Assembly: GCA_021324655.1 (NCBI GenBank)
Contig: JAJPIP010000062.1
Location: 38,987-102,986, forward strand
Length of the DNA stretch: 64,000 bases
DNA from: Pseudomonadota bacterium
GTDB taxonomy: Bacteria > Chloroflexota > UBA5177
Direction of reading: 5' to 3'
Made by a program: the position numbers and the translations under genes. The notes under the pieces are model-generated. The model saw only the letters and a list, made by a program, of their open reading frames with translations, was not told the DNA's origin and searched no databases. This document shows, one piece after another, positions 36,032 to 45,220 of the stretch (its first letter is position 1; the number at the start of each line of letters is the position of its first letter).

Positions 36032-36781
36032 TTAGGGCACCTTCTCCCAGACGGACACATGGCTCGTGCTGTCGCTGGTGAACGGCTCCCTGCTCCAGCT
36101 GCCCCACCGCTCGGTCAATGTCATGCCCGCGAGCTGCGCCATCAGATCCAGCTCGGCCGGCCAGACATAGCGAAACGGCATCGCCACGGCGCTACCGCGC
36201 TCCCCCTCGACCCAGAAATGATGGGAGACGAGGCTCTGTGACACCGTGTCGTACTCGTCGAAGCCGAGCCTAGTGGGCGTGACCAGAAAGGGATGCACCG
36301 TTTCACCGGGTGGCAACCGCTGGAGCTGCGGCACCATGACCTCCACCACAAAGTGCCCACCCGATTCGAGATGGGCGGCCGCGTTCCGGAAGCAGGCCAC
36401 CTGCTCCTCCTGCGTCGTCAGATTCATGATGGTGTTCCAGACGAGGTAAACGAGCCGGAACGTCCCGTCGACTCTGGTCGTCGCGACGTCGCCGGCCGTC
36501 ACGTCGATGTCCTCGGCACCGGGCTTCGCCCGCAAGCGCTCCAGCATGGCCGGGGAGAGATCGATGCCGTGCATCCGTATGCCACGGCGGCTAAGGGGTA
36601 AGGCGACGCGCCCCGTCCCGATGCCGAGTTCGAGGACGGCGCCATCACCTGCCAGATCGGCGAGGAAGTCTACCGCCGGGTCGAGAGTCTCGGGAGCGAA
36701 CATCTCGGCGGACGTCTCGTCGTAGCGCGCGGCAACGGGTTCGTCGAAGTAGTTTGGCTTGGACATGAGCCGGCTACTCAC
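36032..36781 (-). CDS. class I SAM-dependent methyltransferase
   Basis: Motif I is VLELGIGTGRVALPL, followed by GIDLSPAML. The alternative ATG start at 36766 is possible. Confidence 0.75.
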   Translation of the reverse strand: MSSRLMSKPNYFDEPVAARYDETSAEMFAPETLDPAVDFLADLAGDGAVLELGIGTGRVALPLSRRGIRMHGIDLSPAMLERLRAKPGAEDIDVTAGDVATTRVDGTFRLVYLVWNTIMNLTTQEEQVACFRNAAAHLESGGHFVVEVMVPQLQRLPPGETVHPFLVTPTRLGFDEYDTVSQSLVSHHFWVEGERGSAVAMPFRYVWPAELDLMAQLAGMTLTERWGSWSREPFTSDSTSHVSVWEKVP

Positions 36782-36784
36782 CCG

Positions 36785-36958
36785 TCACGTGATCAAAGGG
36801 ATTACCAACGACCACGCGTATCGGCCGCGTTCCTCCCCTTCCCTCTGCAGCACCATGGCGACAAAGCGCGCGAGCGACGCGCCACGATCGACAGCCAGAT
36901 GTCTGATCTGCGGTAATAGATCAGCCGGCAAACTGACGGTGACGTTCTGTTGATCCAT
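36785..36958 (-). CDS. ribbon-helix-helix (CopG/antitoxin-like) small DNA-binding protein
   Basis: GAGGTG sits 6 nt before the ATG at 36958. VTVSLPADLLPQIRHLAVDRGASLARFVAMVLQ is an RHH beta-strand plus two helices. The gene ends 3 nt before the methyltransferase gene. Confidence 0.45.
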   Translation of the reverse strand: MDQQNVTVSLPADLLPQIRHLAVDRGASLARFVAMVLQREGEERGRYAWSLVIPLIT

Positions 36959-37198
36959 GTGCCGCACCTCGTTCACGGAAAAAGCCTATCACGAAAAAAT
37001 GGGGAGGATGGACCGCGGCGGGGGTGCTCTTGCGCCGGTCGCAGCGCGGCAGAGAAAGGTGCAGAATTGGGTCTACAGGGGTTCCGGGCACCGGTTCACG
37101 CATCGCCGATTTCGGCTGGAACCCGGACGCCTTCACCGAAAGGCAGTGGGTCACGATCAGCGGCCAGATGGACCCCCGCCCGATCTAAGGAGGAGACC

Positions 37199-38305
37199 AT
37201 GGCGGTCCATGTACCCGTCACCACCACCTACCGTGCCGACGTGGTCGGCAGCCTCCTGCGTCCGCCGGAGCTGAAGCGAGCGCGCGAGCAGCTGGACGGT
37301 GAGGAGATGTCTCCCGCCGTGTTCAAACAGATCGAAGATCGTGCGGTTGACGATGCGATCGCGCTGCAGGGATCGGCCGGTCTGGACGTCATCACCGATG
37401 GTGAACTGCGGCGATCTTCCTTCTACGGACATTTCGTCGACGCCCTGGAGGGCTTCGATGCGCAGGGCGGCTGGGGCGTGAGATTCCGGGACGACACCGG
37501 AGATCAGCTTCTCCTGCGGCGGCCCGTGGTCGTCGACCGCCTGCGCCGGCGTCGCAGCATGTGCGCTGAAGAGTGGACCTATCTCCGGGCCCGAGCTCGC
37601 CGGCCGGGGAAGGTGACGATCATCAGCACCATGCAGGCGGCCTCGTACTACGAGCCCGATCGATCCCAGGACGCGTACCCCACCCGGGAGGCATACCTGG
37701 CCGATGTCGTGGCGCTGCTGCGCCAGGAGATCGGCGAGCTGGTGCGCCTGGGCTGTACCTATATACAGGTTGATGGGCCCGCGTACGGCTCCCTCGTCGA
37801 CGAGCGCATGCGGCAGGGCTACCGAGAGCGCGGCGCCGACCCGGATCGGCTGCTGGACGAGGCAATCGAGCTTGACAACGCCGTCATTGCCGGCTACCCC
37901 GGTATCACCTTCGCCCTGCATATCTGCCGCGGCAACAACCAGAGCCACTACTATGCGAGCGGAGGGTACGAGCCGATCGCCCGCGTCCTGGAGCGCACCA
38001 ACTTCCAGAGATTCATGCTGGAGTACGACACCGATCGCTCCGGCGGTTTCGAACCGCTCCGCCACCTGCCCGACAATCGCATTGCCGTGCTGGGACTGAT
38101 CACGACCAAAGCGCCTGAGCTGGAGTCGGCCGATGAGGTGAAGGCGCGGCTGCACGAGGCGGCGCAGTACGTCCCGCTGGAGCGCCTGGCGCTCAGCACA
38201 CAATGCGGCTTCGCCTCGACGATCGAGGGGAATCACGTGACGCCGGAGGATCAGCAGCGCAAGCTGGAGCTGGTAGCTCGGGTGGCCCACGAGGTCTGGG
38301 GGTGA
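37199..38305 (+). CDS. cobalamin-independent methionine synthase (MetE) C-terminal-domain-like methyltransferase (368 aa)
   Basis: AAGGAGGAGACC precedes the ATG. Zn-site residues are conserved (ALHICRGN, STQCGFAS) and the UROD/MetE fold pattern is present. The gene ends 4 nt before pcaH. Confidence 0.8.
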   Translation: MAVHVPVTTTYRADVVGSLLRPPELKRAREQLDGEEMSPAVFKQIEDRAVDDAIALQGSAGLDVITDGELRRSSFYGHFVDALEGFDAQGGWGVRFRDDTGDQLLLRRPVVVDRLRRRRSMCAEEWTYLRARARRPGKVTIISTMQAASYYEPDRSQDAYPTREAYLADVVALLRQEIGELVRLGCTYIQVDGPAYGSLVDERMRQGYRERGADPDRLLDEAIELDNAVIAGYPGITFALHICRGNNQSHYYASGGYEPIARVLERTNFQRFMLEYDTDRSGGFEPLRHLPDNRIAVLGLITTKAPELESADEVKARLHEAAQYVPLERLALSTQCGFASTIEGNHVTPEDQQRKLELVARVAHEVWG

Positions 38306-38309
38306 CACC

Positions 38310-39038
38310 GTGAGCACCGACACCAAAGGCGGCATCCGGATCACCGGTTATCGCCGGGACGATCGGGACGTCCATCCGCCGCTCGACACTCCGGCGTATC
38401 GCTCGTCGGTCTACCGCCATCCCACGCGGCCGCTTGTGTTGCTCCCTCACTCCCTCACCGAGACCACCGGACCCGTCTTCGGCCACAATACGGTCCAGCC
38501 CGGGGACCGCGACCTCACCATCCAGCACGACGGCGAGCCACTGGGCGAGCGGATCATCGTCACCGGCCGCCTGCTCGATGGCGACGGGCGGCCGGTCCGC
38601 AATCAGCTGATTGAGATCTGGCAGGCGAACGCGGCGGGGCGCTATGCCCACTCCGTCGATCAACACCCGGCACCGCTGGACCCCAACTTCAGTGGGGCGG
38701 GACGCTGCCTCACCGACAACGAGGGCCGCTACGAGTTCATCACCATCAAGCCGGGCGCGTACCCATGGGGAAACCACCCCAATGCCTGGCGGCCGGCCCA
38801 CATCCACTTCTCCGTGTTTGGCCCGGCCTTCGCGACGCGGCTGGTGACGCAGATGTACTTCCCGGGAGATCCACTCTTCGAGTACGATCCCATCTTCCAG
38901 TCGGTCCGCGATCCCCGCGCTCGCGAACGACTCATCAGCACCTTCGATCTCTCCCTCACCAGGCCCGAGTGGGCGCTCGGCTACCGGTTCGACATTGTCC
39001 TGCGCGGACGGGACGCCACGCCGATGGAAGGACAGTAG
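38310..39038 (+). CDS. pcaH: protocatechuate 3,4-dioxygenase beta subunit
   Basis: Intradiol dioxygenase iron ligands are present (WRPAHIHF), and the length (242 aa) fits. Confidence 0.85.
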   Translation: MSTDTKGGIRITGYRRDDRDVHPPLDTPAYRSSVYRHPTRPLVLLPHSLTETTGPVFGHNTVQPGDRDLTIQHDGEPLGERIIVTGRLLDGDGRPVRNQLIEIWQANAAGRYAHSVDQHPAPLDPNFSGAGRCLTDNEGRYEFITIKPGAYPWGNHPNAWRPAHIHFSVFGPAFATRLVTQMYFPGDPLFEYDPIFQSVRDPRARERLISTFDLSLTRPEWALGYRFDIVLRGRDATPMEGQ

Positions 39039-39039
39039 C

Positions 39040-39633
39040 GTGGCCGAGCGGCTCCTCCCCACCCCCTCCCAGACCGTCGGTCCCTTCTTCGAGTTCGGTC
39101 TGCTGCGGCCCCCGCAGCCGGAGATCGTGCCGGCCGACACGCCCGGCGCACTCGTGATAGCGGGAGTGGTGTACGACGGGCAGGGAAATCCGGTGCCGGA
39201 CGCCATGATCGAGACCTGGCAGGCGGACCGGAATGGGCTCTATCCGAGCCCCGAAGACCCCCGCATCAAACTCTCGCGGGGCCTCGTCGACGTCTTCGAT
39301 CCCGAGCACTTTCACGGCTTCGGCCGCTGCGGGACGGATGCCGGCGGGCGGTTCTGGTTCCGGACCGTCAAGCCGGGCAGCGTGCCCTGGATCGACGGAC
39401 GCCCCCAGGCGCCCCATATCGACGTCTCCGTCTTCGCCCGAGGACTGCTCCATCGCCTGGTCACGCGCATGTACTTCCCTGACGAGGCGGAGGCGAATGC
39501 CTCCGATCCGGCCCTTCTCTCCGTCGCCGATCCTGCCGCTCGCCAGACGTTGATCGCCCACGAGGAAGACGGCCGGCTCCGCTTCGACATCCGTCTGCAG
39601 GGTGACGGCGAAACCTGCTTTTTTCAGATCTGA
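39040..39633 (+). CDS. pcaG: protocatechuate 3,4-dioxygenase alpha subunit
   Basis: The GTG lies 1 nt after the pcaH stop. The sequence is TVGPFFEFGLL... and the length (197 aa) fits. Confidence 0.8.
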   Translation: MAERLLPTPSQTVGPFFEFGLLRPPQPEIVPADTPGALVIAGVVYDGQGNPVPDAMIETWQADRNGLYPSPEDPRIKLSRGLVDVFDPEHFHGFGRCGTDAGGRFWFRTVKPGSVPWIDGRPQAPHIDVSVFARGLLHRLVTRMYFPDEAEANASDPALLSVADPAARQTLIAHEEDGRLRFDIRLQGDGETCFFQI

Positions 39634-39634
39634 G

Positions 39635-40969
39635 ATGCTGTTTACCGCGCTCTTCCTCCCACCCCGACTCAGGGAGGCGACCGGGGACCGCGCCTGGTTC
39701 CAGGCCATGCTGGACGCCGAGGCGGCCCTGGCTCGCGCGGAATCCGAGTGTGGCCTGATTCCGCCCTCTGCCGCCGACGCCATCGCGGCGCACTGTATGG
39801 TGGATGAGTTCGACGTCCCCGCCATCCTCGAGGAAGCCCGCGGCATGGGGAACCCGGCGGAGCCGCTGGTGCGAGCCCTGCGCCGCTCCGTACCGGACGA
39901 GGCCGCGGACTACGTCCATATGGGCGCGACCAGCCAGGACATCGTCGACACGGCAGCCATGCTCGTCACGCAGCGGACCTTGCGGATCGTCGAGGGCGAC
40001 CTCGCGGCGGCCGCGGCCGCCCTCGCCCAGCTGGCGATGAGGTACCGTGACACCCCGATGGCGGGGCGTACTCTGCTGCAGCAGGCGGTCCCGGTCACCT
40101 TCGGCCTGACGGCTGCTCAATGGCTGGCCGGCATCGTCCGCGCCCGGGCGGCGCTGCGCCGGCTGCGGGGCGGGACGCTGGCCGTCCAGCTGGGTGGTGC
40201 GGCCGGTACCCTGGCGCCGCTCGGCGACTCCGGCCCATCCGTGCTCCATGCTTTCTCTTGCACCCTCGGACTGGCCGAGCCGGCCCTCCCCTGGCACACC
40301 GAACGCACGCGCCTGGCGGAGATCGCGGGCGCCCTCTCGCTCACCGCGGGAGCTCTGGAACGCATCGCGCTCGACATCATCCTTCTCTCCCAGACCGAGG
40401 TGGGCGAAGTAGCCGAAGCCGGCGCCGGACGCCGCGGCGGCTCCTCGACCATGCCACAAAAGCAGAATCCGGTGGGCGCCGTACTCGCACGCGCCTGCGC
40501 CCGGACAGCTCAGACGCAGGCGGAGGGACTCTTCCGGGCGATGGCGCAGGAACTGGAGCGGGCAGCAGGCGCCTGGCAGGCGGAGTGGCCGGCGCTGAGC
40601 GGCGCGCTGGCGGCGACCGGCGGCGCGGCTGGCGGGCTGCGTGAAGCGCTGGACGGTCTCGCGGTGCGGCCGGACCGCATGCAGGAGAATCTGGAGATGA
40701 CCGGCGGGCTGATCATGGCGGAACGGGTGGCCACCCTCCTCGCCGAGCGCCTCGGCCGCGAGCAAGCGCACCAATACGTGCGGAGCCTGAGCGAGCGGGC
40801 GGTTGCTGAGGGGCGCCGTCTGACCGATGTCCTGCCGGACGATGCGACGGTGCGGGGCGTTCTCTCCCCCGGCGAGATCCGGCAGGTGATGTCCCCCTCC
40901 GAATATCTCGGCTCGTCGGGCGCCTTCATCGATCGTGCTCTCGCGCTCTACCGGGAGCAGGAGCGATGA
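39635..40969 (+). CDS. pcaB: 3-carboxy-cis,cis-muconate cycloisomerase
   Basis: Class II fumarase/lyase signatures are present: GATSQDIVDTA and GSSTMPQKQNP. Confidence 0.85.
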   Translation: MLFTALFLPPRLREATGDRAWFQAMLDAEAALARAESECGLIPPSAADAIAAHCMVDEFDVPAILEEARGMGNPAEPLVRALRRSVPDEAADYVHMGATSQDIVDTAAMLVTQRTLRIVEGDLAAAAAALAQLAMRYRDTPMAGRTLLQQAVPVTFGLTAAQWLAGIVRARAALRRLRGGTLAVQLGGAAGTLAPLGDSGPSVLHAFSCTLGLAEPALPWHTERTRLAEIAGALSLTAGALERIALDIILLSQTEVGEVAEAGAGRRGGSSTMPQKQNPVGAVLARACARTAQTQAEGLFRAMAQELERAAGAWQAEWPALSGALAATGGAAGGLREALDGLAVRPDRMQENLEMTGGLIMAERVATLLAERLGREQAHQYVRSLSERAVAEGRRLTDVLPDDATVRGVLSPGEIRQVMSPSEYLGSSGAFIDRALALYREQER

Positions 40970-41742
40970 CCGAGCGCCGGCTTGCCTATTCCCTGGACGG
41001 TCCGGCGGAGGCGCCCGTCCTCGTCCTCTCGGGCTCTCTCGGTTCTACGCAGGCGATGTGGGAGCCGCAGATGCCGGCATTGACCGCGCGCCGGCGGATC
41101 CTGCGCCTCGATCACCCCGGGCACGGTGCCTCGCCCGTGTGGGAGGGACCGGTGACGGTGGCCGACATCGCCCGGGCCGTCCTCGAGCTGCTTGACGGCC
41201 TCGGCTGCCAGCACTTCGCCTTCTGCGGGTTGTCGCTCGGCGGCGCGATCGGACAATGGGTCGCGGCCCACGCCCCGGAACGCGTCCGGCACCTGATCCT
41301 CTGCTCCACCACCTCCCACTTCGAGGCGGAGACCTATCTGCAGCGCGCTGCCCTGGTGCGCCGGGACGGGCTGGGACAGGTGGCGGCGGCGGTGATGGAT
41401 CGCTGGTTCACGCCGGGGTTCCGGGCCCAGGAGCCGGCAACGGTCGCGCACTACCGAGCCATGGTGGCAAGTATTCCGCCCGACGGCTACGCGGAGTGCT
41501 GCGAGGCGGTGGCCAGGTTTGACGGCCGGCCGGACCTGAGCCGCATCAGCGCTCCCACCCTCGTGTTGGTCGGAGCAGAGGATCCTGTCGTGTCGCCGGG
41601 CCAGGCCCGAGCTCTCCAGGATGGGATTTCCCGTGCCCGCCTTGAGATCGTGGAAGCGGCTTCCCATCTGTTCAACATCGAGCGGCCGGAGGAGACGTCA
41701 CGGGCCATCCTGCGTCAGCTCGCGGAGGACGAGGATGACTGA
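40966..41742 (+). CDS. pcaD: 3-oxoadipate enol-lactonase (alpha/beta hydrolase)
   Basis: The nucleophile elbow is GLSLGG. There is an ATGA overlap with pcaB. Confidence 0.75.
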   Translation: MTERRLAYSLDGPAEAPVLVLSGSLGSTQAMWEPQMPALTARRRILRLDHPGHGASPVWEGPVTVADIARAVLELLDGLGCQHFAFCGLSLGGAIGQWVAAHAPERVRHLILCSTTSHFEAETYLQRAALVRRDGLGQVAAAVMDRWFTPGFRAQEPATVAHYRAMVASIPPDGYAECCEAVARFDGRPDLSRISAPTLVLVGAEDPVVSPGQARALQDGISRARLEIVEAASHLFNIERPEETSRAILRQLAEDEDD

Positions 41743-42115
41743 CGATCGCTACGAGCGGGGCATGGCCGTCCGCAGGGAGGTCCTGGGAGACGCGCATGTC
41801 GACCGCGCGACGGACGACGCCACGGGACTCACGGCCGAGTTTCAAGATCTGATCACACGCTATGCCTGGGGAGAGATCTGGACGCGCCCCGGCCTGGAGC
41901 GGCGGATGCGCAGCGCGATTACGGTGACCGCCCTGGTCGCCCTGGGGCGCGATGAGGAGCTGGCGCTGCATCTGCGGGCGGCGCTTCGCAACGGGTTGAG
42001 CCGAGACGAGATCAAGGAGATCCTGCTGCAATGCGCCATCTACTGTGGCGTGCCGGCCGCCAACGTGGCCTTTCGTATCGCCTCTCGGGTGCTGGACGCT
42101 CCGCCGGATGAGTAG
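41735..42115 (+). CDS. pcaC: 4-carboxymuconolactone decarboxylase (CMD family)
   Basis: The protein is 126 aa with the CMD-family pattern ITRYAWGEIWTRPGL. It overlaps pcaD by 8 nt. Confidence 0.8.
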   Translation: MTDDRYERGMAVRREVLGDAHVDRATDDATGLTAEFQDLITRYAWGEIWTRPGLERRMRSAITVTALVALGRDEELALHLRAALRNGLSRDEIKEILLQCAIYCGVPAANVAFRIASRVLDAPPDE

Positions 42116-43304
42116 CGTGCGCACCCAGGTCGGGATCATCGGCGCCGGCCCGGCCGGATTGCTCCTTGGCCATCTCCTGCATCTCCAGGGGATCGAATCG
42201 ATCATTCTGGAGGATCGGAGCCGCGCGTATGTCGAGCGCCGCGTGCGGGCCGGCGTGCTGGAAGCGGGAGCTGCCGAACTCCTGCGAGAGAGCGGGGTCG
42301 GTGCACGCATGGACCGTGAGGGGATGTTCCACCGCGGCATCTACCTGCAGTTCGCCGGCGCCCGTCACCACATCGACTTCGTGGATCTCACCGGCCACGG
42401 CATCACGATCTACGGCCAGCAGGAAGTCGTCAAGGATCTTATCGCCGCTCGTCTCGCCTGGGGCGGCCCTCTGCTCTTCGAATCCGAGGCGACGGCGGTG
42501 CGCGAGATCGAGGGCGACCACCCGGTCATCTGTTACCGGCAGGGGGACGAGGAGGGAGTGATCGCCTGCGATGTCGTGGCCGCGTGCGACGGCTCGCACG
42601 GCATTGGGCGGACCGTGCTGGCGGCGACGTCTCCCCGCATCTACGAGCGTGAGTACACCTTCGGCTGGCTGGGCATCCTCGCCCGTACGCCGCCGGCCAG
42701 CGAGGAGTTGATCTACGCCTATCACGAGACCGGCTTCGCCCTGCACAGCATGCGCACCCCGGAGATCAGTCGACTCTATCTTCAAGTGCCGGCCGACGAG
42801 GATCTCAAGAACTGGCCGGAGCGGCGGATCTGGGCGGAGTTGCGTCTCCGGCTGGGTGAGCCGGGACTGCCATCGGGCGAGATTCTCGATATCGGCATCA
42901 CGCCGATGCGGAGTCTGGTGGCCGAGCCCATGCAGTGCGGGCGCCTCTTCGTCCTCGGTGATGCCGCCCACGTCGTGCCGCCGACCGGCGCCAAGGGCAT
43001 GAATCTCGCGCTGGCCGACGCCCGTGATCTGGCCGCCGCCCTCGCCACCTGGTATCGGTCCGGCGATCGCACCGCACTCGACGCCTACAGTGACGCCTGT
43101 CTGCGGCGCGTCTGGCAGGCGGAGCACTTCTCGGCCTTCATGACCAACCTTCTGCACCTCGATGCGGCTCACGACCCTTTCCAGCACAGGCTGAGACTGG
43201 CCCATCTGGCCTATCTCACGCGATCGCGCGCTGCCGCCGGCTCACTGGCGGAGAACTACACGAGCGCCGCGACCGGGCTGCGCGCTGTCGGGAGCCTGGA
43301 CTAA
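42108..43304 (+). CDS. pobA: 4-hydroxybenzoate 3-monooxygenase
   Basis: The N-terminal FAD motif is TQVGIIGAGPAGLLLG. The second FAD motif is GDAAHVVPPTGAKGMNLALAD. It overlaps pcaC by 8 nt. Confidence 0.85.
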   Translation: MSSVRTQVGIIGAGPAGLLLGHLLHLQGIESIILEDRSRAYVERRVRAGVLEAGAAELLRESGVGARMDREGMFHRGIYLQFAGARHHIDFVDLTGHGITIYGQQEVVKDLIAARLAWGGPLLFESEATAVREIEGDHPVICYRQGDEEGVIACDVVAACDGSHGIGRTVLAATSPRIYEREYTFGWLGILARTPPASEELIYAYHETGFALHSMRTPEISRLYLQVPADEDLKNWPERRIWAELRLRLGEPGLPSGEILDIGITPMRSLVAEPMQCGRLFVLGDAAHVVPPTGAKGMNLALADARDLAAALATWYRSGDRTALDAYSDACLRRVWQAEHFSAFMTNLLHLDAAHDPFQHRLRLAHLAYLTRSRAAAGSLAENYTSAATGLRAVGSLD

Positions 43305-43323
43305 TGTCATCACGGATAGTGAT

Positions 43324-43737
43324 GTGAGCCGCGCCACCGAAGAAACCAATCGCCGATTGCTGCGTGCTCGCGACGCGATGGACCGGTCGTACGCGCAGCC
43401 ACTCGACATCGCGGCCCTGGCTCGCATCGCGTGCGTGTCCGAGGCCCACTTTATCCGAACTTTTCGCGCGACGTTCGGCGAGACACCGCACCGGTACCTG
43501 CAGCGCCGCCGTGTCGAGCGCTCGATGTTCCTGCTCTGTGAGACCAACCGCACGGTGACCGAGATCTGCTGCGACGTCGGCTTCACCAGTCTGGGCACGT
43601 TCAGCCGGACGTTTCGCGAGATCATGGGCGAGACGCCGACCGCGTACCGCAAGCGGGCGAACGCCCAGCCCGCCCCCACGTGCTTCGTCATGGCCTGGAC
43701 GCGACCAAGCAGTTTCGGAGAAGCGGCGAGCGACTGA
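43324..43737 (+). CDS. AraC-family HTH-only transcriptional regulator
   Basis: Two AraC HTH units are present: LARIACVSEAHFIRTFRATFGETP and VTEICCDVGFTSLGTFSRTFREIMGETP. Confidence 0.7.
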   Translation: MSRATEETNRRLLRARDAMDRSYAQPLDIAALARIACVSEAHFIRTFRATFGETPHRYLQRRRVERSMFLLCETNRTVTEICCDVGFTSLGTFSRTFREIMGETPTAYRKRANAQPAPTCFVMAWTRPSSFGEAASD

Positions 43738-43770
43738 CCTCCGCTAGCATGCCCAGGTAAGGAGGTTCGC

Positions 43771-44205
43771 ATGTTCAATGCGCTCGCGGTCACCAGTCTC
43801 TTCGTTCTCGATCAGGAGGAAGCTCGCGACTTCTACGCCAACAAGCTCGGGTTGGAGGTCAGCAACGACTTCGAGCAAGGTCCCACGCGCTGGCTGACGG
43901 TCAAGGTGCCGGGACAGGCCGGCCCCGACATCTATCTCCAGGAACCCGGCTCGCCGGCAATGGATGAGGCGACGGCAGCCCAGGTCCGGGACCTGATAAG
44001 CAAAGGGGCAATCGGTTGGCTGGCCCTCACCACCGACGACTGTCGGACGACGTACGAGACGCTCGTGGCCCGCGGGGTTGAGATCACCCAGGAACCGACC
44101 GAGCACTTCTATGGGATCGATATGGGAGTGCGTGATCCATTCGGCAATCAGATTCGAATCCTGCAACCGGCAGCTATGTCACAGGAAGCGTCAACGCCGG
44201 CTTGA
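43771..44205 (+). CDS. VOC-family protein (glyoxalase-like)
   Basis: AAGGAGG precedes the ATG. The VOC pattern is FVLDQEEARDFYANKLGLEV. Confidence 0.75.
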   Translation: MFNALAVTSLFVLDQEEARDFYANKLGLEVSNDFEQGPTRWLTVKVPGQAGPDIYLQEPGSPAMDEATAAQVRDLISKGAIGWLALTTDDCRTTYETLVARGVEITQEPTEHFYGIDMGVRDPFGNQIRILQPAAMSQEASTPA

Positions 44206-44253
44206 GGATTCTGAAAGTCTTTCCGCGCGTGCCGAAACCTCAGGGTGACAAAC

Positions 44254-44290
44254 GCAGGCCTCCCAATCGGGAGGCCTGCAGTTCTTTGGG
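44254..44290. terminator. bidirectional intrinsic terminator
   Basis: GCAGGCCTCCC-aatc-GGGAGGCCTGC forms a perfect 11-bp stem, followed by AGTTCTTTGGG. Confidence 0.55.
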
Positions 44291-44317
44291 CGACGTCCGC
44301 TCCTTCCGGCCGGCGGA

Positions 44318-45114
44318 TCAAGCGTTTGGCGAGGTGCTGGTCGACGGGCCAGGGTGTGGTCGCCGTCGGAGCACGAGCAATGTGACGCCCTGGACAGCCA
44401 GGGCACCAGCCAGAGCCGGCGCAAACGCGAACGGCAAACCGCCTCGAACGAGAAGCGTCGACAGGACCAGGAAGAACGTGGCAAACGCGAAGAGACCAAA
44501 GAGGAGACCGCGCAGCACGTCAATGGCTGCCCCCGGCCCGTGGGACCGGTGGGCGAAAACGGTGAGAACGGTCGCGTAGAGAGGGAAGGGAGCGAGCAGG
44601 CCGGTCAGACGCGGGCCGAGCGCCGAGGCCAGTCCGGTGAGGATCAGGACGAAGGCGGTGGCGACGAGCATGCGAACCGGCAGATCCCATGCTGGAACGC
44701 GTGCCGCCGCGGCCGGAACCCGGCGGCGAGGAATGAGCAACAGCGCGACGATCAGCACCAGGAGCACGGCAGCAAAGAGGACGGCCGCCGGAAGGGCGAG
44801 ATACTGCAGAGCGGCGGTGATGGCGGCGAATCCAACGCAGGAGGCCAGCAAGGTCAACGGCCAGGCGACGCGGGAGGCCAGCCGGGTGTAGATCAGAGCG
44901 AATGCGGCTTGCGATATCGTTCCGGCCAGAGTCCCGGCCGCCGTGACCGCCGCGAAGGCGAGGCCATGATCGAGCGCAACGAAGAACGTGATGGGGGCCG
45001 AGGTGAACGGGAGGCCAACCAGCCGCCGACTTCCGGTCCCCAGCGCCGGCCAACCAGGCTCGCCACGCCGATGAGGATCGGTGTCACGACGAGCTTCACC
45101 AGGACGATATCCAT
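44318..45114 (-). pseudogene. polytopic membrane protein gene interrupted by a frameshift near 45020-45030
   Basis: The N-terminus MDIVLVKLVVTPILIGVASLVGRRWGPEVGGWL (ATG at 45114, GGGAGA upstream) is in one frame. The continuation LVGLPFTSAPITFFVALDHGLAFAAV... through the rest of the TM-rich body is in another frame, which has no start of its own. Confidence 0.45.
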
Positions 45115-45134
45115 GTCTCCCAGGAATAACACTC

Positions 45135-45163
45135 TTCCCGGGCCTGTCTTTGAGGCCCGGGAA
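45135..45163. promoter_or_regulatory. perfect 11-bp-stem hairpin/palindrome in a divergent promoter region
   Basis: TTCCCGGGCCT-gtctttg-AGGCCCGGGAA lies between the membrane-protein gene start and the PPOX gene start. Confidence 0.35.
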
Positions 45164-45220
45164 GAGCGAGTCATGCCGGCATTGGCTAGAGTGAGGGCAC
45201 CGAGCAAGGAGGACGACAGT

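Noticed and set aside
37157-38344. 395-aa minus-strand ORF
   Set aside because: It is antisense to the MetE-like gene, which has a strong RBS and a conserved Zn site.
38193-39206. 337-aa minus-strand ORF
   Set aside because: It is antisense to pcaH and pcaG, which have conserved iron-ligand motifs. It is a spurious high-GC frame.
42012-43205. 397-aa minus-strand ORF
   Set aside because: It is antisense to pobA, which has two canonical FAD motifs.
44354-45220. The N-terminal ~290 aa of the 426-aa plus-strand ORF 44354..45634 (Arg/Glu/Gly-rich)
   Set aside because: Only the last 137 aa (from the ATG at 45221, which has an AAGGAGGA RBS) form a PPOX-like protein. The upstream part is antisense to the membrane protein gene and is compositionally junk.
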